A stretch of 63,042 nucleotides of DNA, the filler included, from Globobulimina sp. (Eukaryota): the NCBI GenBank assembly GCA_003354225.1. It is 22 parts of 22 records of this genome, joined end to end, with 100 filler letters (N's around TTAATTAATTAA, not from the genome) between each part and the next. Parts side by side here need not be neighbours in the genome. Positions count along the whole stretch, not along the records: positions 1 to 2,772 come from PIVH01004951.1; positions 2,873 to 5,644 come from PIVH01004952.1; positions 5,745 to 8,515 come from PIVH01004953.1; positions 8,616 to 11,386 come from PIVH01004954.1; 18 more parts are not named here. One strand, 5' to 3'. Of the stretch, positions 1 to 10,990 are shown piece after piece; the first letter of the stretch is position 1, and each line of letters starts with the position of its first letter. Position numbers and translations under genes: made by a program. The notes beneath the pieces were generated by a model. The model searched no databases. It saw only the letters and a list, made by a program, of their open reading frames with translations, and was not told where the DNA came from.

Positions 1-2
1 AG

Positions 3-1853
3 AAAGAGGCGCAGATTGCGGTGAAATATGTGAAGCGGTTTATCATTGGTTTGAAGAATGCCGGCAAGGAGAGCCACATCGCCGTCATCTCCGATTATAG
101 GGCGCAGATCGAAGAAACCCGGAAATTGCTGCATGCGGTGCCCGGCATAAAGGCCGACGACATCTTATTGTGCACAATCAATGAAATCGAAGGCAGCTCC
201 AAACCGATAGTGATTTATATGTGTTGCCGGTCAAACAATACGGGCAATATCGGCTTTTTGCGCGAGACCAACAGAGCCAATGTGGCGTTAAGTCGCGCCG
301 AATATGCGCAGATTGTGATTGGTGATCCAAATACGTTGCAATACAACCCAGTGTACAACAAAATATTTGCGTATCACCGAGAAAAAGGAGCGGTGGTTTG
401 CGAGAATGCGGACTATAATCCGTGGGATAATAATAATAGTAATTGGATCAAGCAAATTCGAGTCCACTTCCCGTTGGTTAACCTGTCGAAGCACGCCGAG
501 AGAATCCAGAGGAATGACTACCATGTTTGCTCCGGCTGCGGCAAGATCGAGTTAGAGAAACTATTTTGTGGCCGCAGCTGCAGCAATGTCGATTTGTGCG
601 CCAAGTGTATGAACAAATATTTATCCAAATACTGCCGCGCGAAAAAGAAATTGCGTTTGGATGGCTGTTCGCGCGTCATTCCAATCACAAATGTCGAGAA
701 ATCTGAGTTTTGTGCGGCCGATTCGAATGGCATTTCGCTGGAATTTGATATTCTTTTAGGTCGGTATTTGAATGAAAATGGCCTAATTCAACATATTCGA
801 CAGGACGAGCTATCAAATAAGTTATGGAGTGTTGCCAGGAGACTCTGTGGCGACATCTGGGCCAAACATCAAAAATATGTACCGGCCTGTTTTCGCACTT
901 TGGTGGGCAGCAAGAAAATGGACGAAAGCTGCAGCGAAACCAGCAAAGCATTGGGGATCATGCGGTGTAAAAGGAGCCATTTGCTGCAACAGAGTATTAT
1001 GGACACGCGCTTTTTTCAGATTGTGAACAAAATCAGATATAATAACGAGGCATTGAAGGAATATTATAAACATAACAGGAATACGTTTTATTTGCATCGA
1101 GAGTTTGAGCAATATCAACCAACCACGATTGTGGTGGCCTATTTGCAGTGTTGTGGGTATTCGCAAATTGTTTCCAATCGATTGCGGACTCGAATTGCTC
1201 GCGAATTGTTTGAGCGAAATAAAGAGAATCCGGGCAAATTTGAGAAACGATCAGTAATCCCGATGGATAAAAGAACAATTAATAGATTGGCGTACGAGTT
1301 GCAATCGAATGGAATCAGAAATGTCTTATCCAAATGCAATATGTGTGTAAACAGCAGGAATGTGCAGAAATGGTGTGTTTATATCATCGAATTGATGCAA
1401 AGGGCCGTGATTGTCGACACTGTGGGTCCGTATTACCAACATTTGACGCATGAAAATGCGATAACTGCGGAAGTCAGTTTTGGTGACAAATTGGCGCAAG
1501 CGGGCTTTGACTACATTGCAGAGAAGGAATTGAAGGAAAGAGGCTTCCCCGTGACGCCCGATTATTATTTGAAGAAATCGTGGATTATAAATTACAACGG
1601 CAAGAGCACTGAAGTGAATTGGTTGGATTTCAAAAACAATTATTGTTCCGCGACAGAATGGAACATTGACAAATTGAATTGCCAGGCCATTAAATATAAT
1701 CTGCGATTTGGTCCGGGTGCCTTCATATTTTCGTTGGGATTTGTTAGGCCGCCACAAGGATTGCAACTAAATTGCTATGGTTTGCTGGCTGCAGTGCCGC
1801 TCTCCAAAGGTGGCGTTGCGGGCTTTATTGAAAAAAGAATCAAAAATAAATAA
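3..1853 (+). CDS. 5'-partial SF1B (Upf1/DNA2/NAM7-like) helicase C-terminal domain + ZZ-type zinc finger + C-terminal TPD (CDIN1/C15orf41-like) PD-(D/E)xK nuclease
   Basis: Frame is open from position 3 (KEAQIAV). Helicase motifs AVISDYRAQ, TINEIEG, RSN..IGFL, RANVALSRA, IVIGD. ZZ-like HVCSGC..CGRSC.NVDLCAKC. TPD domain E..L.ERG..TPD..WLDFK..QAIKY..RFGPG.IF..GF. Confidence 0.8.
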   Translation, partial: KEAQIAVKYVKRFIIGLKNAGKESHIAVISDYRAQIEETRKLLHAVPGIKADDILLCTINEIEGSSKPIVIYMCCRSNNTGNIGFLRETNRANVALSRAEYAQIVIGDPNTLQYNPVYNKIFAYHREKGAVVCENADYNPWDNNNSNWIKQIRVHFPLVNLSKHAERIQRNDYHVCSGCGKIELEKLFCGRSCSNVDLCAKCMNKYLSKYCRAKKKLRLDGCSRVIPITNVEKSEFCAADSNGISLEFDILLGRYLNENGLIQHIRQDELSNKLWSVARRLCGDIWAKHQKYVPACFRTLVGSKKMDESCSETSKALGIMRCKRSHLLQQSIMDTRFFQIVNKIRYNNEALKEYYKHNRNTFYLHREFEQYQPTTIVVAYLQCCGYSQIVSNRLRTRIARELFERNKENPGKFEKRSVIPMDKRTINRLAYELQSNGIRNVLSKCNMCVNSRNVQKWCVYIIELMQRAVIVDTVGPYYQHLTHENAITAEVSFGDKLAQAGFDYIAEKELKERGFPVTPDYYLKKSWIINYNGKSTEVNWLDFKNNYCSATEWNIDKLNCQAIKYNLRFGPGAFIFSLGFVRPPQGLQLNCYGLLAAVPLSKGGVAGFIEKRIKNK

Positions 1854-2772
1854 TGTAAATTAATAAATAGTGTAGAAACGGTAATGCATTTAAAATATAG
1901 TATGCTTACTACTCTTCTATACGATTATCTCCATAGTTTTTGTAATGTTCATTCTTTCAATTTTTTATGTTTTTTTTGAGCTTATTCTTGAATATAAAAC
2001 AAGTATTAAGAATTCAGCTAGGCATTATAGCCAAGCATATCAGCATTGAAAGAAAACGAATTAATTTTTTGTTTTTTTTTGTTTTTTTTTTATTAAATCG
2101 ACGAGATTCTTTTAATTTTATTACCATTGTTTGAATATTAAGAACGTTTTAATTTCAATAATATAAGTTTAAGACCGTTCAGAAATTAAAATGTTTTCTA
2201 GTACACGAGGCATGGTTAGGGATCACCACACTGACTCTTTCGTCATTTTGCTTGACTTGTGCGTTGTTGTATTGTGTCTGTATTGTATCAATCAGATAGG
2301 ATCTAAAAGGAAAGACTTCAATTCTTCGATTTGACAAAGTTAGAAATTGCAGAATTTTCATTTTTTTCAAAAGCTTGGATCTCGTTTGTTTTGAGATTGA
2401 AATACAATATAAGTCAATATTTAGTTGCCTTGTGGGAGAAAGAAAGATATGAAGCAGTTTCAAACACTTTTATTATGCAAAATATTTCCTGAAGTCAATG
2501 CTGGCATGGTCTTTGGTCTCTGTTTTGTTTCTATTGGAAGCTATTATTAATTTTTATGAACAAACAAAATTAACCGTATTATTATCGTTATTGAATGCGC
2601 CAAAATATACCACGTATAAAACAAACATGAATACCACGTACAAAAATAAATAAATTTGCAGAGAATCATGATTACACAAATCATGATCATACAAATAAAA
2701 AGAATTGAACGAATGCTATATCATTTTTAAATGCTTTAAAATAAAAAAATAAAATGCCACTTAGCAGTGAAA

Positions 2773-2872
2773 NNNNNNNNNNNNNNNNNNNNNNNNNNNN
2801 NNNNNNNNNNNNNNNNTTAATTAATTAANNNNNNNNNNNNNNNNNNNNNNNNNNNNNNNNNNNNNNNNNNNN
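2773..2872. other. Artificial contig spacer N44-TTAATTAATTAA-N44 (first of 21; others start at 5645, 8516, 11387, 14258, 17129, 20000, 22871, 25742, 28613, 31483, 34353, 37223, 40093, 42963, 45833, 48702, 51571, 54439, 57307, 60175)
   Basis: Identical 100-nt N blocks with a six-frame stop linker every ~2.87 kb; the contigs between them shrink from 2772 to 2768 bp. Confidence 0.98.
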
Positions 2873-2915
2873 TTTTCCATGATTTTTTGAATAGCTCAAA
2901 GAAAAACGTTTGGAA

Positions 2916-3806
2916 ATGTCTGACTTGCTTAAATATCGAGTGGATGATTATGATTGTGTTCAAATCATAGATGAGAGATTACTCTCAAACCCATGTGACA
3001 CAAAATGGTTTGACCGTATTTTGAATAAATCTCTAAACCATTGGATCGATAAAAAATGCAAAGCAATATGGTTGCAAGTGTCATCACCAACACATTTACA
3101 TTTGATACCATACATTGCGAGATATGATTTCTATCCTCATCATTGTCAACCACATTACATAATGTTTGTAAAATGGATACATCCAACTCAACCCAACCAA
3201 TTACCAGTATCCCCGCAGCATGCCATGGGTGTTGGAGCCGTACTCATTAATTCTAAAAACCAGATGTTAATGGTACAAGAAACCACTGGTCCTGCTGCAA
3301 AATATAAAGTGTGGAAGTTGCCCGGAGGACTTGTTGATAGCGGTGAGCTTTTATCAAATGCGGCAGTCCGAGAATTAAAAGAAGAAACTGGCGTCGATGC
3401 CACGTTTAAAACCTGGTGCTGTACTATAGAAATGATGCGACGATATACGGAGAAAGATAGTGATAAGGAAATAATAAATGCATTTTATGTGCGGCAGCCA
3501 GCGAGAGGCAGCAAGTCGAGAGATGTTTATTGTATGTGTTTATGTGAGCTGATTGGGGATGAAAATGAGATTAAATTAACAAAACAACAAAATGAGATTG
3601 CTGATGTGAGATGGATTGATATTGCGGATATATTTAAAATGCCATTATGGAAAATGAATGCAGATGGACAAACAACCAGTGTTTGGGGTAAAGCATTGCA
3701 AACTTGCGTTGATATTCATTTTGGAAAGAAAAAGGGATTCATGCATCAATTGGCACCCTTTGCGTTCAACAGAGGTGAAGCATCGTTATATCAATGCAAA
3801 CTTTGA
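2916..3806 (+). CDS. Nudix hydrolase, NUDT6/plant NUDT2-8-like
   Basis: Nudix box WKLPGGLVDSGELLSNAAVRELKEETGV, preceded by the family N-terminal segment (AIWL..F.PHH..YIM..KW..NQLP..HAMGVGA). ATG at 2916. Confidence 0.9.
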   Translation: MSDLLKYRVDDYDCVQIIDERLLSNPCDTKWFDRILNKSLNHWIDKKCKAIWLQVSSPTHLHLIPYIARYDFYPHHCQPHYIMFVKWIHPTQPNQLPVSPQHAMGVGAVLINSKNQMLMVQETTGPAAKYKVWKLPGGLVDSGELLSNAAVRELKEETGVDATFKTWCCTIEMMRRYTEKDSDKEIINAFYVRQPARGSKSRDVYCMCLCELIGDENEIKLTKQQNEIADVRWIDIADIFKMPLWKMNADGQTTSVWGKALQTCVDIHFGKKKGFMHQLAPFAFNRGEASLYQCKL

Positions 3807-3912
3807 TAGGATCTATCTACTTTACATTGTTCTGTGCAAGGATGTGTTGGCAAATGCTAGCTAAACAAGTAATGAGTGCAAGGACAAATTAACATAAATC
3901 ACATGATATGAT

Positions 3913-4926
3913 TCAAACAATATTATATTTAGACCAATCTATTTCTTGTATCTCATTATCTTTCATATCAAGCACTTGCATTATTTGAATATCAATAAGT
4001 GCTCGGAATGATTTTGCATTTGATATGAAATCCTTATCAAAATGCAATGTTTTGCCGGTAGATAGATGCATATTGGAATAATTCCATAGTGATGTTTTAT
4101 TGGTTACAAATAGTGATAAGTCATTACAAGTGAATTTGATGGAATATTTAAATCTTATTGCTTTTACATTGCGTGGAAATTGGTATATTTTAAACCCAAA
4201 GAAATACATATTTTCATCCATGTAAAGTTGGTATAAATCCATTGACCAATTACCATTATCAAAAAATTGTGAAGGATACGATTTTCTGAATGAATGAACA
4301 AAAAATTCAGATTTTATTTTTGCTACTAATTTATCCGCAAAATTCCATTCGAAATGAACTTTTTTACTGACTGTCACTCCATATTTATGGAATAATAATG
4401 ATTTATGTTTGTTAATATCCGTTGGTTGAATTGTTATTATCTCAATTCGAATGGCAAAATTTATTTCTTTCATATTTGTGAAATAATCAGACTTCATCAA
4501 TACTAATGTTCGTGCTTTCTTTGTCACTTCGTGCAATTTTGAAGTATGAATAGAATGCGTATCACATTCTTTGCAAAAAATTATTGTATTTATAACCATA
4601 TAATCAATATTTGGATCCATTTCTAACACACAAACACCAAATCTCACATATCCATTTCTTCCATTATTCCTTCCATAGGCATTTGGATACAAACAATATG
4701 CAAATTTAATTCCTTTCAATTGGAACGGTTTGCTTAATAAACGTTGCGTGTTCGGTGTTGCTAGAAATTGTTCTAATTTTTTACCTTTGAATTTCCAATA
4801 AAATATCTCATTATACATTGATAATATAAATTTAATGAGCATTATTGGCATAGTATATTCATAATATATTCTACAAAACCCATCCACCAATAACTCTTGT
4901 TGCCGAAATGAAGGAAATATTGACAT
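3913..4926 (-). CDS. Hypothetical protein, possibly two divergent MATH/TRAF-like beta domains
   Basis: 337-aa ORF with FYWKF..LLSKPF..F.YCLYPNAYG and a second FEWNF..SQFF.NGNWSMDLY unit. Confidence 0.5.
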   Translation of the reverse strand: MSIFPSFRQQELLVDGFCRIYYEYTMPIMLIKFILSMYNEIFYWKFKGKKLEQFLATPNTQRLLSKPFQLKGIKFAYCLYPNAYGRNNGRNGYVRFGVCVLEMDPNIDYMVINTIIFCKECDTHSIHTSKLHEVTKKARTLVLMKSDYFTNMKEINFAIRIEIITIQPTDINKHKSLLFHKYGVTVSKKVHFEWNFADKLVAKIKSEFFVHSFRKSYPSQFFDNGNWSMDLYQLYMDENMYFFGFKIYQFPRNVKAIRFKYSIKFTCNDLSLFVTNKTSLWNYSNMHLSTGKTLHFDKDFISNAKSFRALIDIQIMQVLDMKDNEIQEIDWSKYNIV

Positions 4927-5041
4927 TATTCAAGCAAATGTTTTATTTTGAGCTAGGCTGTTTTCTTAAAATGTTTATGTAGAAATTCAGACAAAAAACG
5001 TTTATGTAGAAATAAAATTGTTTACGTTAATGCACATCTTT

Positions 5042-5644
5042 TTATTCCATACATGCTCTCATGTGTTGTACTGCTAACAAAGTATGCATTTCTTGAATAG
5101 TTTTAACTTTACTCTTAATTTTTATGTTTGTTCTTTCTTTTTGTTTCTGTCCAATACCCATAGCATACATAAAATGAATGATCACTTTAATCAAATCTAT
5201 GGACAAATATTTATCAAATAATTTCCGGAACCAATATAATGTAACAAAAAACGCATAATATTCAGTCCTATTCACTAACATATTCAAAGAAGTATCAATC
5301 TCATTTTCATCTGGATTTACTAAACAAAACATCAACATTTTCCTTACAGCAATCTGTGTTGACGATGCATTTTTTATTTTCTTTAATTTATGTTCAATGT
5401 TATTTCCATTGTTGAACACTATGCAATGTCCTGGCGTAATATTAATATCTTTGGATACAAATCTGAATGGAGGAGATATTTCAAATATATCTGTTGTTAT
5501 ACACTGTGATGAGTTGTAACAATACATACCGACAGCAACGATATTGTGTGATTCATCTCCTTCTCGGCACCAATCTGTTTCATAGTCCTTGCCTGGTAAT
5601 AAGTGGATATTTTCCATTTGAACAATCACTTTTGCATGTTTATC
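5042..5644 (-). CDS. 5'-partial DUF4246-like (2OG-Fe(II) oxygenase-like) protein
   Basis: VIVQMENIHLLPG..Y...W.REG...NIVAVGMY.Y, PGHCIVFNN..IEHKL and RKMLMFCLVNP resemble the DUF4246 consensus (IVKLANI.LTP..WHVEG..IVATAIYYY..QH..RK.LA.FLVDP). Confidence 0.6.
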   Translation of the reverse strand, partial: DKHAKVIVQMENIHLLPGKDYETDWCREGDESHNIVAVGMYCYNSSQCITTDIFEISPPFRFVSKDINITPGHCIVFNNGNNIEHKLKKIKNASSTQIAVRKMLMFCLVNPDENEIDTSLNMLVNRTEYYAFFVTLYWFRKLFDKYLSIDLIKVIIHFMYAMGIGQKQKERTNIKIKSKVKTIQEMHTLLAVQHMRACME

Positions 5645-5745
5645 NNNNNNNNNNNNNNNNNNNNNNNNNNNNNNNNNNNNNNNNNNNNTTAATTAATTAA
5701 NNNNNNNNNNNNNNNNNNNNNNNNNNNNNNNNNNNNNNNNNNNNG

Positions 5746-7004
5746 GTTTGGTTGTTTATTATTGACGCACCAGGGATGCAATACGATGATACAGATATGT
5801 TGGGTACGGGCAGTTGTTTCATTATTGGCGATGATGAAATGGGAAACGGTATAAATCTATTATAAACAATAACACGTACGGCATCGCAAACATAACAATA
5901 TAACAGTGATTAATTCAGAATTATACTGTAAAGGACCAAACATAGTACAATGCAGAATGAGTGATTTTATCCAAGACGCAGTGGTGCAATGCGACACAAC
6001 TGCACACTGTGGATTTGATTGTAGAGGCGGTTGCATTGGCAACAATGAATTACATTGTCAATCTGGATTGAATTGTAACTGTATCAATAATGCAGTTGAC
6101 TGTGCTGCTATCACTGTCATATCAACCACTGCACCGACAACTGCACAGACAACGATGCCGCCGACATCTGCACTGTCTCCGACCACTATGATGCCAACAA
6201 CAATTTCACCAACTACTAATTCACCGACAACCAATGCTCCGACAACCAATATTCCAACAACCGATATTCCAACAACCAATATTCCAACAACCAGTGCTCC
6301 AACAAGCAAGTTTCCAACTTTTACACCAACATTCAATGTTTTTTCTACATCACTTACACCAACGATCGCGATGTTGCCCTCAAAATCAACGTTGACGTCC
6401 ACAGGTTCATATATATATATATATATCGATGGCCATGTTTTGTGCGGTATACATGTACAAATATAAAATAATAATTGTAGAAATATCGCAGAATACAACG
6501 ACAAGTTTTGTTGAATCACCGGCTGTGATATCGGTACCGGATGACAATGATATGGAAGGGTTTAATATCTTATTTTTGTTGTTGTGTGTCATTGCAGTGC
6601 TATGTTTATGTGTTCTCATTGGACTTTGTTTTTACATTTATTATCGATATAAACTTGACAAACATTTTGAAACAGTAAAGATGACCAACGAATCGATGCA
6701 ATTGACAGCCACTGTGAATGTAGCAAGTGTGACTATTCCTGGGATGGTAATTCCTGTTAATTCGAGACATGCAGCAGCAATACGTGGAGGACGGTTAATT
6801 AATGACTATGATATGGCTCAATCGCAACATAAAGTTATTGATGGAGAGGATGATGATGATATGGAGGAAATGTACGAAAATGTGACAACACCACAGATAA
6901 GGCTTGAAACACCTGACCAGAAAACACGTGATCAGAACACACCGCAACAAATTCAAACACGAAAACCTAAGACACGGCAACAGAGTGAAACAGGGAGTGT
7001 TTGA
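5746..7004 (+). CDS. 5'-partial single-pass surface protein: Cys-rich region, PTT mucin repeats, TM helix, acidic tail (introns 5849-5906 and 6405-6480)
   Basis: Both GT-AG introns join the ORFs in frame. PTTNIPTT repeats; hydrophobic ILFLLLCVIAVLCLCVLIGLCFYIYY segment. Confidence 0.75.
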
Positions 7005-7182
7005 TACATATGAATATAACACTAGTCCTACATAATTACTGTATAATATATTGTTAATGTTGTGATTTTAATCAAAATGTCTAGTTTCTTTTAGTTATGA
7101 CTTGTTCAGTATCGACCTATATCCAGGAAGAAATTTCTGAAGTAAAACGCAATAGAAAACTTTGCAACTGTGTATATTTACC

Positions 7183-8430
7183 ATGTCAACTTCAGATAAT
7201 ACAACCAAACCGGGTGTACTTGCGCCAATTAGCAACATAATAAAGTTAAACAAATTAAAATGTGAAATAAAATTAGTAAATAATTGGAAGAAACTGCAAT
7301 TACGTTCGCGATTTCTATTTTCAGAGATTGATCCAATTGAAATTAAAGCAATGATGGTCGCCTATTATTCCATTTATTGTCCCTTAGAAACCAAGCTCGA
7401 ATTCTCCCAATTTACCCAAAAATTCGGTGATCTCCCCACCATACAAAATATCGTCTCATTCTTAAAAAATCAGTCTACATTCAAAATAATTGAGGATGAC
7501 GACCATAACCACAACAATAACAACATTTTATTATCCATCCAAATCGAATTACCATTAATTGTATTACCAATCACTGCAAACAACGAAAAATATCATTTCT
7601 ATGCATTCGCAAATGGCAAATTATTATTATACCACAACAACACACAAATAAATTGCACCAATAACATCCTCCGCATTGGCCATAAAAACAAGATATTTTA
7701 CGCCGACATACTATCCACATTCACGCAGTACAATGACAACAACCACACCTTCGCACATCCGAAAAACACCAATTTTGAGTTAAATCTATTGAATGAATGC
7801 AATATTTATGAGTTAAATGAGTTGAATTTAGAAATAATGGCCAAACCCACCATCGCCAACGACAACAATCGTTGCGTGATCTGTCTGTCTCATATCATGT
7901 ACGAATACGAGGAATATTGTCGGATCTCATGTTGTCGCCACATTTATCACTTTGAATGCATCGAAAATTTGATAAAATATTCAAACGATAATCAGTGCCC
8001 GTTATGTAGGGAGAAAATAAAATATATCCAATATTGTAGCAGCAACACCGCCAATTTGAGTATAAATAAAATATTTAAAATCAAAAACCAATCATTGTGT
8101 ATGATATCACATAAGCATCATTTCAATAAATATTACAAACATAAAAAAAAACAAAATCATACGTATGCGGAGGAGGACTATGACGAGAAAGAAGATGGAA
8201 TCATTCGGACTGGAATTCCGTTGAAACCGTGTTTGGGATATTTAGAGTCAATGCCTTCGCCAACAAATTCGAATTCGAGTATTTCCATTCCGCCACAAAG
8301 GAATTCGTCGCCGTCTTCGCCGGATATGAACCAATTGACATTGAACAATAACAATAATAATAATAATTCTAATCAGGATGAGGATGTGCAAAATAACCCT
8401 GATGTAATTCAAGCCTACTTAGGAGAATAA
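7183..8430 (+). CDS. RING-H2 finger protein (putative E3 ligase)
   Basis: CVIC-x13-CRHIYHFEC-x11-CPLC; Asn-rich low-complexity tail. First ATG at 7183. Confidence 0.75.
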   Translation: MSTSDNTTKPGVLAPISNIIKLNKLKCEIKLVNNWKKLQLRSRFLFSEIDPIEIKAMMVAYYSIYCPLETKLEFSQFTQKFGDLPTIQNIVSFLKNQSTFKIIEDDDHNHNNNNILLSIQIELPLIVLPITANNEKYHFYAFANGKLLLYHNNTQINCTNNILRIGHKNKIFYADILSTFTQYNDNNHTFAHPKNTNFELNLLNECNIYELNELNLEIMAKPTIANDNNRCVICLSHIMYEYEEYCRISCCRHIYHFECIENLIKYSNDNQCPLCREKIKYIQYCSSNTANLSINKIFKIKNQSLCMISHKHHFNKYYKHKKKQNHTYAEEDYDEKEDGIIRTGIPLKPCLGYLESMPSPTNSNSSISIPPQRNSSPSSPDMNQLTLNNNNNNNNSNQDEDVQNNPDVIQAYLGE

Positions 8431-8615
8431 TGAACCTTAAACTAAACGATATCCAATCATATTACGGGAATATTCAAGCTCTAAAGGGCGTCAGTCTTGA
8501 AATACCGGAAGGGCANNNNNNNNNNNNNNNNNNNNNNNNNNNNNNNNNNNNNNNNNNNNTTAATTAATTAANNNNNNNNNNNNNNNNNNNNNNNNNNNNN
8601 NNNNNNNNNNNNNNN

Positions 8616-8887
8616 ATTGTGCAAATCGGTCAAATATTTGTTTCAATTTTGAGACAATGCATTAGTAAAACAACACAAAATCAGATATTGCCGTCTTTGA
8701 ACATTTGTAACTTTCGCTTAAACGTCGCATCAATTCGAGCAATATGCTTTTTTCCTGAACGAAGGGGTTTTTGTCGGAATACTTTGAATAACATAAAAAA
8801 TTTGATCCACGGCAATATCTGATTTTGTGTTGTTTTACTAATGCATTGTCTCAAAATTGAAACAAATATTTGACCGATTTGCACAAT
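8616..8887. repeat. Perfect 79-bp inverted repeat (8616-8694 / 8809-8887) at a contig end
   Basis: The arms are exact reverse complements separated by a 114-nt spacer. Confidence 0.95.
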
Positions 8888-10615
8888 GTGTTTTTCGGGG
8901 AAATTCTCAGTTTTGTAAATGTTACATTTTGCCACATCTTCTAATAACTGATTCTCGTCCAAACTACCACTGCTTTCTTCGTCTAATACTATCTGCTTTT
9001 CCTCAACATTTGCATCCGAAAAATTTGCTGAGTCATCATTTAATTGTAATGCATTATAATCGTCGCTGTGATTCAAAGATTTAAAAATGTGAACATTATA
9101 ACACAGTGAGCACATATTATTGTTACCATTCTCTTTAATGATTCTATTACATTCGTGCCCATTGCATTGAATATATTTGAATACTGATTTAAAATTACTG
9201 TCACGATGCGACTCAAAATGGCGTATAAAGTGTTTAATGAAAACAGCTCGATATTTATATGCCTTATCATAACATGGACAATTTGCTACGTCGCATTTAT
9301 ACGTTGTTCGCACTTTAATTTTAGTGCACGATTTGCATACAAACGAATCAATGAATACATGCTCACCTTCTAATAAATTCGCACACTTTGGATGCAATGT
9401 AATATGACATATACTGCATTTTAAATGTGATCCGGCTATCTTTTGTGTACATGTTTTACATTCATAATCATCATTAATTTGCACTTTTTCTTCAACAGCT
9501 TCACTTTCCGCTGCTTTCGTTGCAGCAGCATCTAAAACATTTGTATTGATATCTGATAAAATAATGTTATCAACGAAAGATTCATCGCATTCAACTTCTT
9601 GTAGTGCCAAAATGCCATTACTGGCAGTCTCAGCAGTCACTTTCCGTCGTTTCCGTAATTGAGACACTAATAATTCGTCCTCATCATTGTCAAATTGATT
9701 ATATTGCGGACATGCTCTTTTTCGCTGATTCCGCTTTGATTGCTTTCGCCGTCGACGTTTCACTGAGTCTGCTATAGAACCAACAAATAATTTCGTCGGA
9801 AGGGGAGGTTTTGACGGGCGAATCGTTGGTGATTCTGTAGATTCTCTGGAATTTGGTAATGCCAACAATGGATTTACTGTTTGATCCTTCTTCCATTGAG
9901 CCAATGTCGTGAAAATCAGAGCATCGCCTCCTGGGAATTCTAATTCAGTCTTTGAAGGACTGGCACCCTTTTTGTTATCTGCAGCTTTGACGGGTGTCGT
10001 TGGCACGGAATCAATGGTTATATCTGGCGGCAAGTCAGGGTATAGACATGGTGTATGATTAGAATTTACCGCATCAACTAATTTCTGTGCTGGCTGCATG
10101 TTTGTCGAAGGAACGACAGTTTGACAGCTCGCAATTGACAATGATTCTGACTGTTTGTTAGTATTTAATGGGAATGTTTGGGATATATTGGATGTTTTTG
10201 ATGAATTAATGGATGATATATAGGGTAATCGGACGTTATTTAATGTACTAATATCAGTTTGAATGTTTGATTGATGATTTGTTAAATTTAATTTATTGCG
10301 ATTTTGCGTATCGATGGAATCATTGCACTGATTTGTGTGCACTTTCTCGCTTTGCAGATTTCTAATGATTTTATTGTAAGTTTTATTGGCCGGTAATCGT
10401 AAATAAATTGGTGGACCAACGGGATTCGATGCATTTAAAGGGTTTAAAGGAGAGGGGATTTGTTTTATTGATGATTTGATGGGAATAATACTGGGAATAT
10501 ATTGTATTGCACCGTGTTTGTCTGCGCCCACTGAACATAATCCAGATGATGGCAGTTGCAGATTGTTACTAATTTTTTGCATCCGGGACATTGTGGTTGA
10601 AATATACGATCCCAA
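8681..10615 (-). mobile_element. N-terminal part of a probable CRE-like non-LTR retrotransposon ORF (PHD finger, C2H2-like finger, pre-RT segment), cut by a fold-back
   Basis: Intronless 644-aa ORF. PHD CKTC..KCSICHITLHPKC..FVCKSC; finger YKCDVANC..FIKHFIRH. It ends in FFMLFKVFRQKPLRSGKKH..FKRKLQMFKDGNI, like the LLQKP.R..K.H..RRL..W..G.I block ahead of CRE-clade RT domains. The RT itself is not present. Confidence 0.55.
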
Positions 10616-10990
10616 ATATAAAAATCTATTTCGTTATCTATAAAAAAGTCGATTTCTTCGTCCGATGGCTGTAAATAATTTGCCTCGAGAGTTGAATCAA
10701 TAATATACGAATGGATAAATTCAGCAACCTGTCTTTGATGAATATCTTCTTCTGCAATTAATCGACGCGTCTCTTCGTAAGAAGCGATTGATTGATTTAC
10801 GTGCGTATCAGTATCGGTTGGTAAAAACGATATGATTTCTATGGCTAATGATAAATATAGGACTGTGCTGTTTGTGATAGCAGCTAATTCAAACTGATAT
10901 TCAGTTTGGAGACTTTCTTGTTGTGTTATGAAAAATGAATTCAGTTTGTCTATTTATGTTTTAATAAAATTGCGAGAGTTTAGGTATTAA

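Noticed and set aside
2817-2828. Regularly spaced TTAATTAATTAA palindrome as a biological repeat or CRISPR-like array
   Set aside because: It is always centred in N runs; it is an artificial six-frame stop linker.
8619-8822. 67-aa plus-strand ORF duplicating part of the 644-aa protein
   Set aside because: It is a product of the fold-back inversion.
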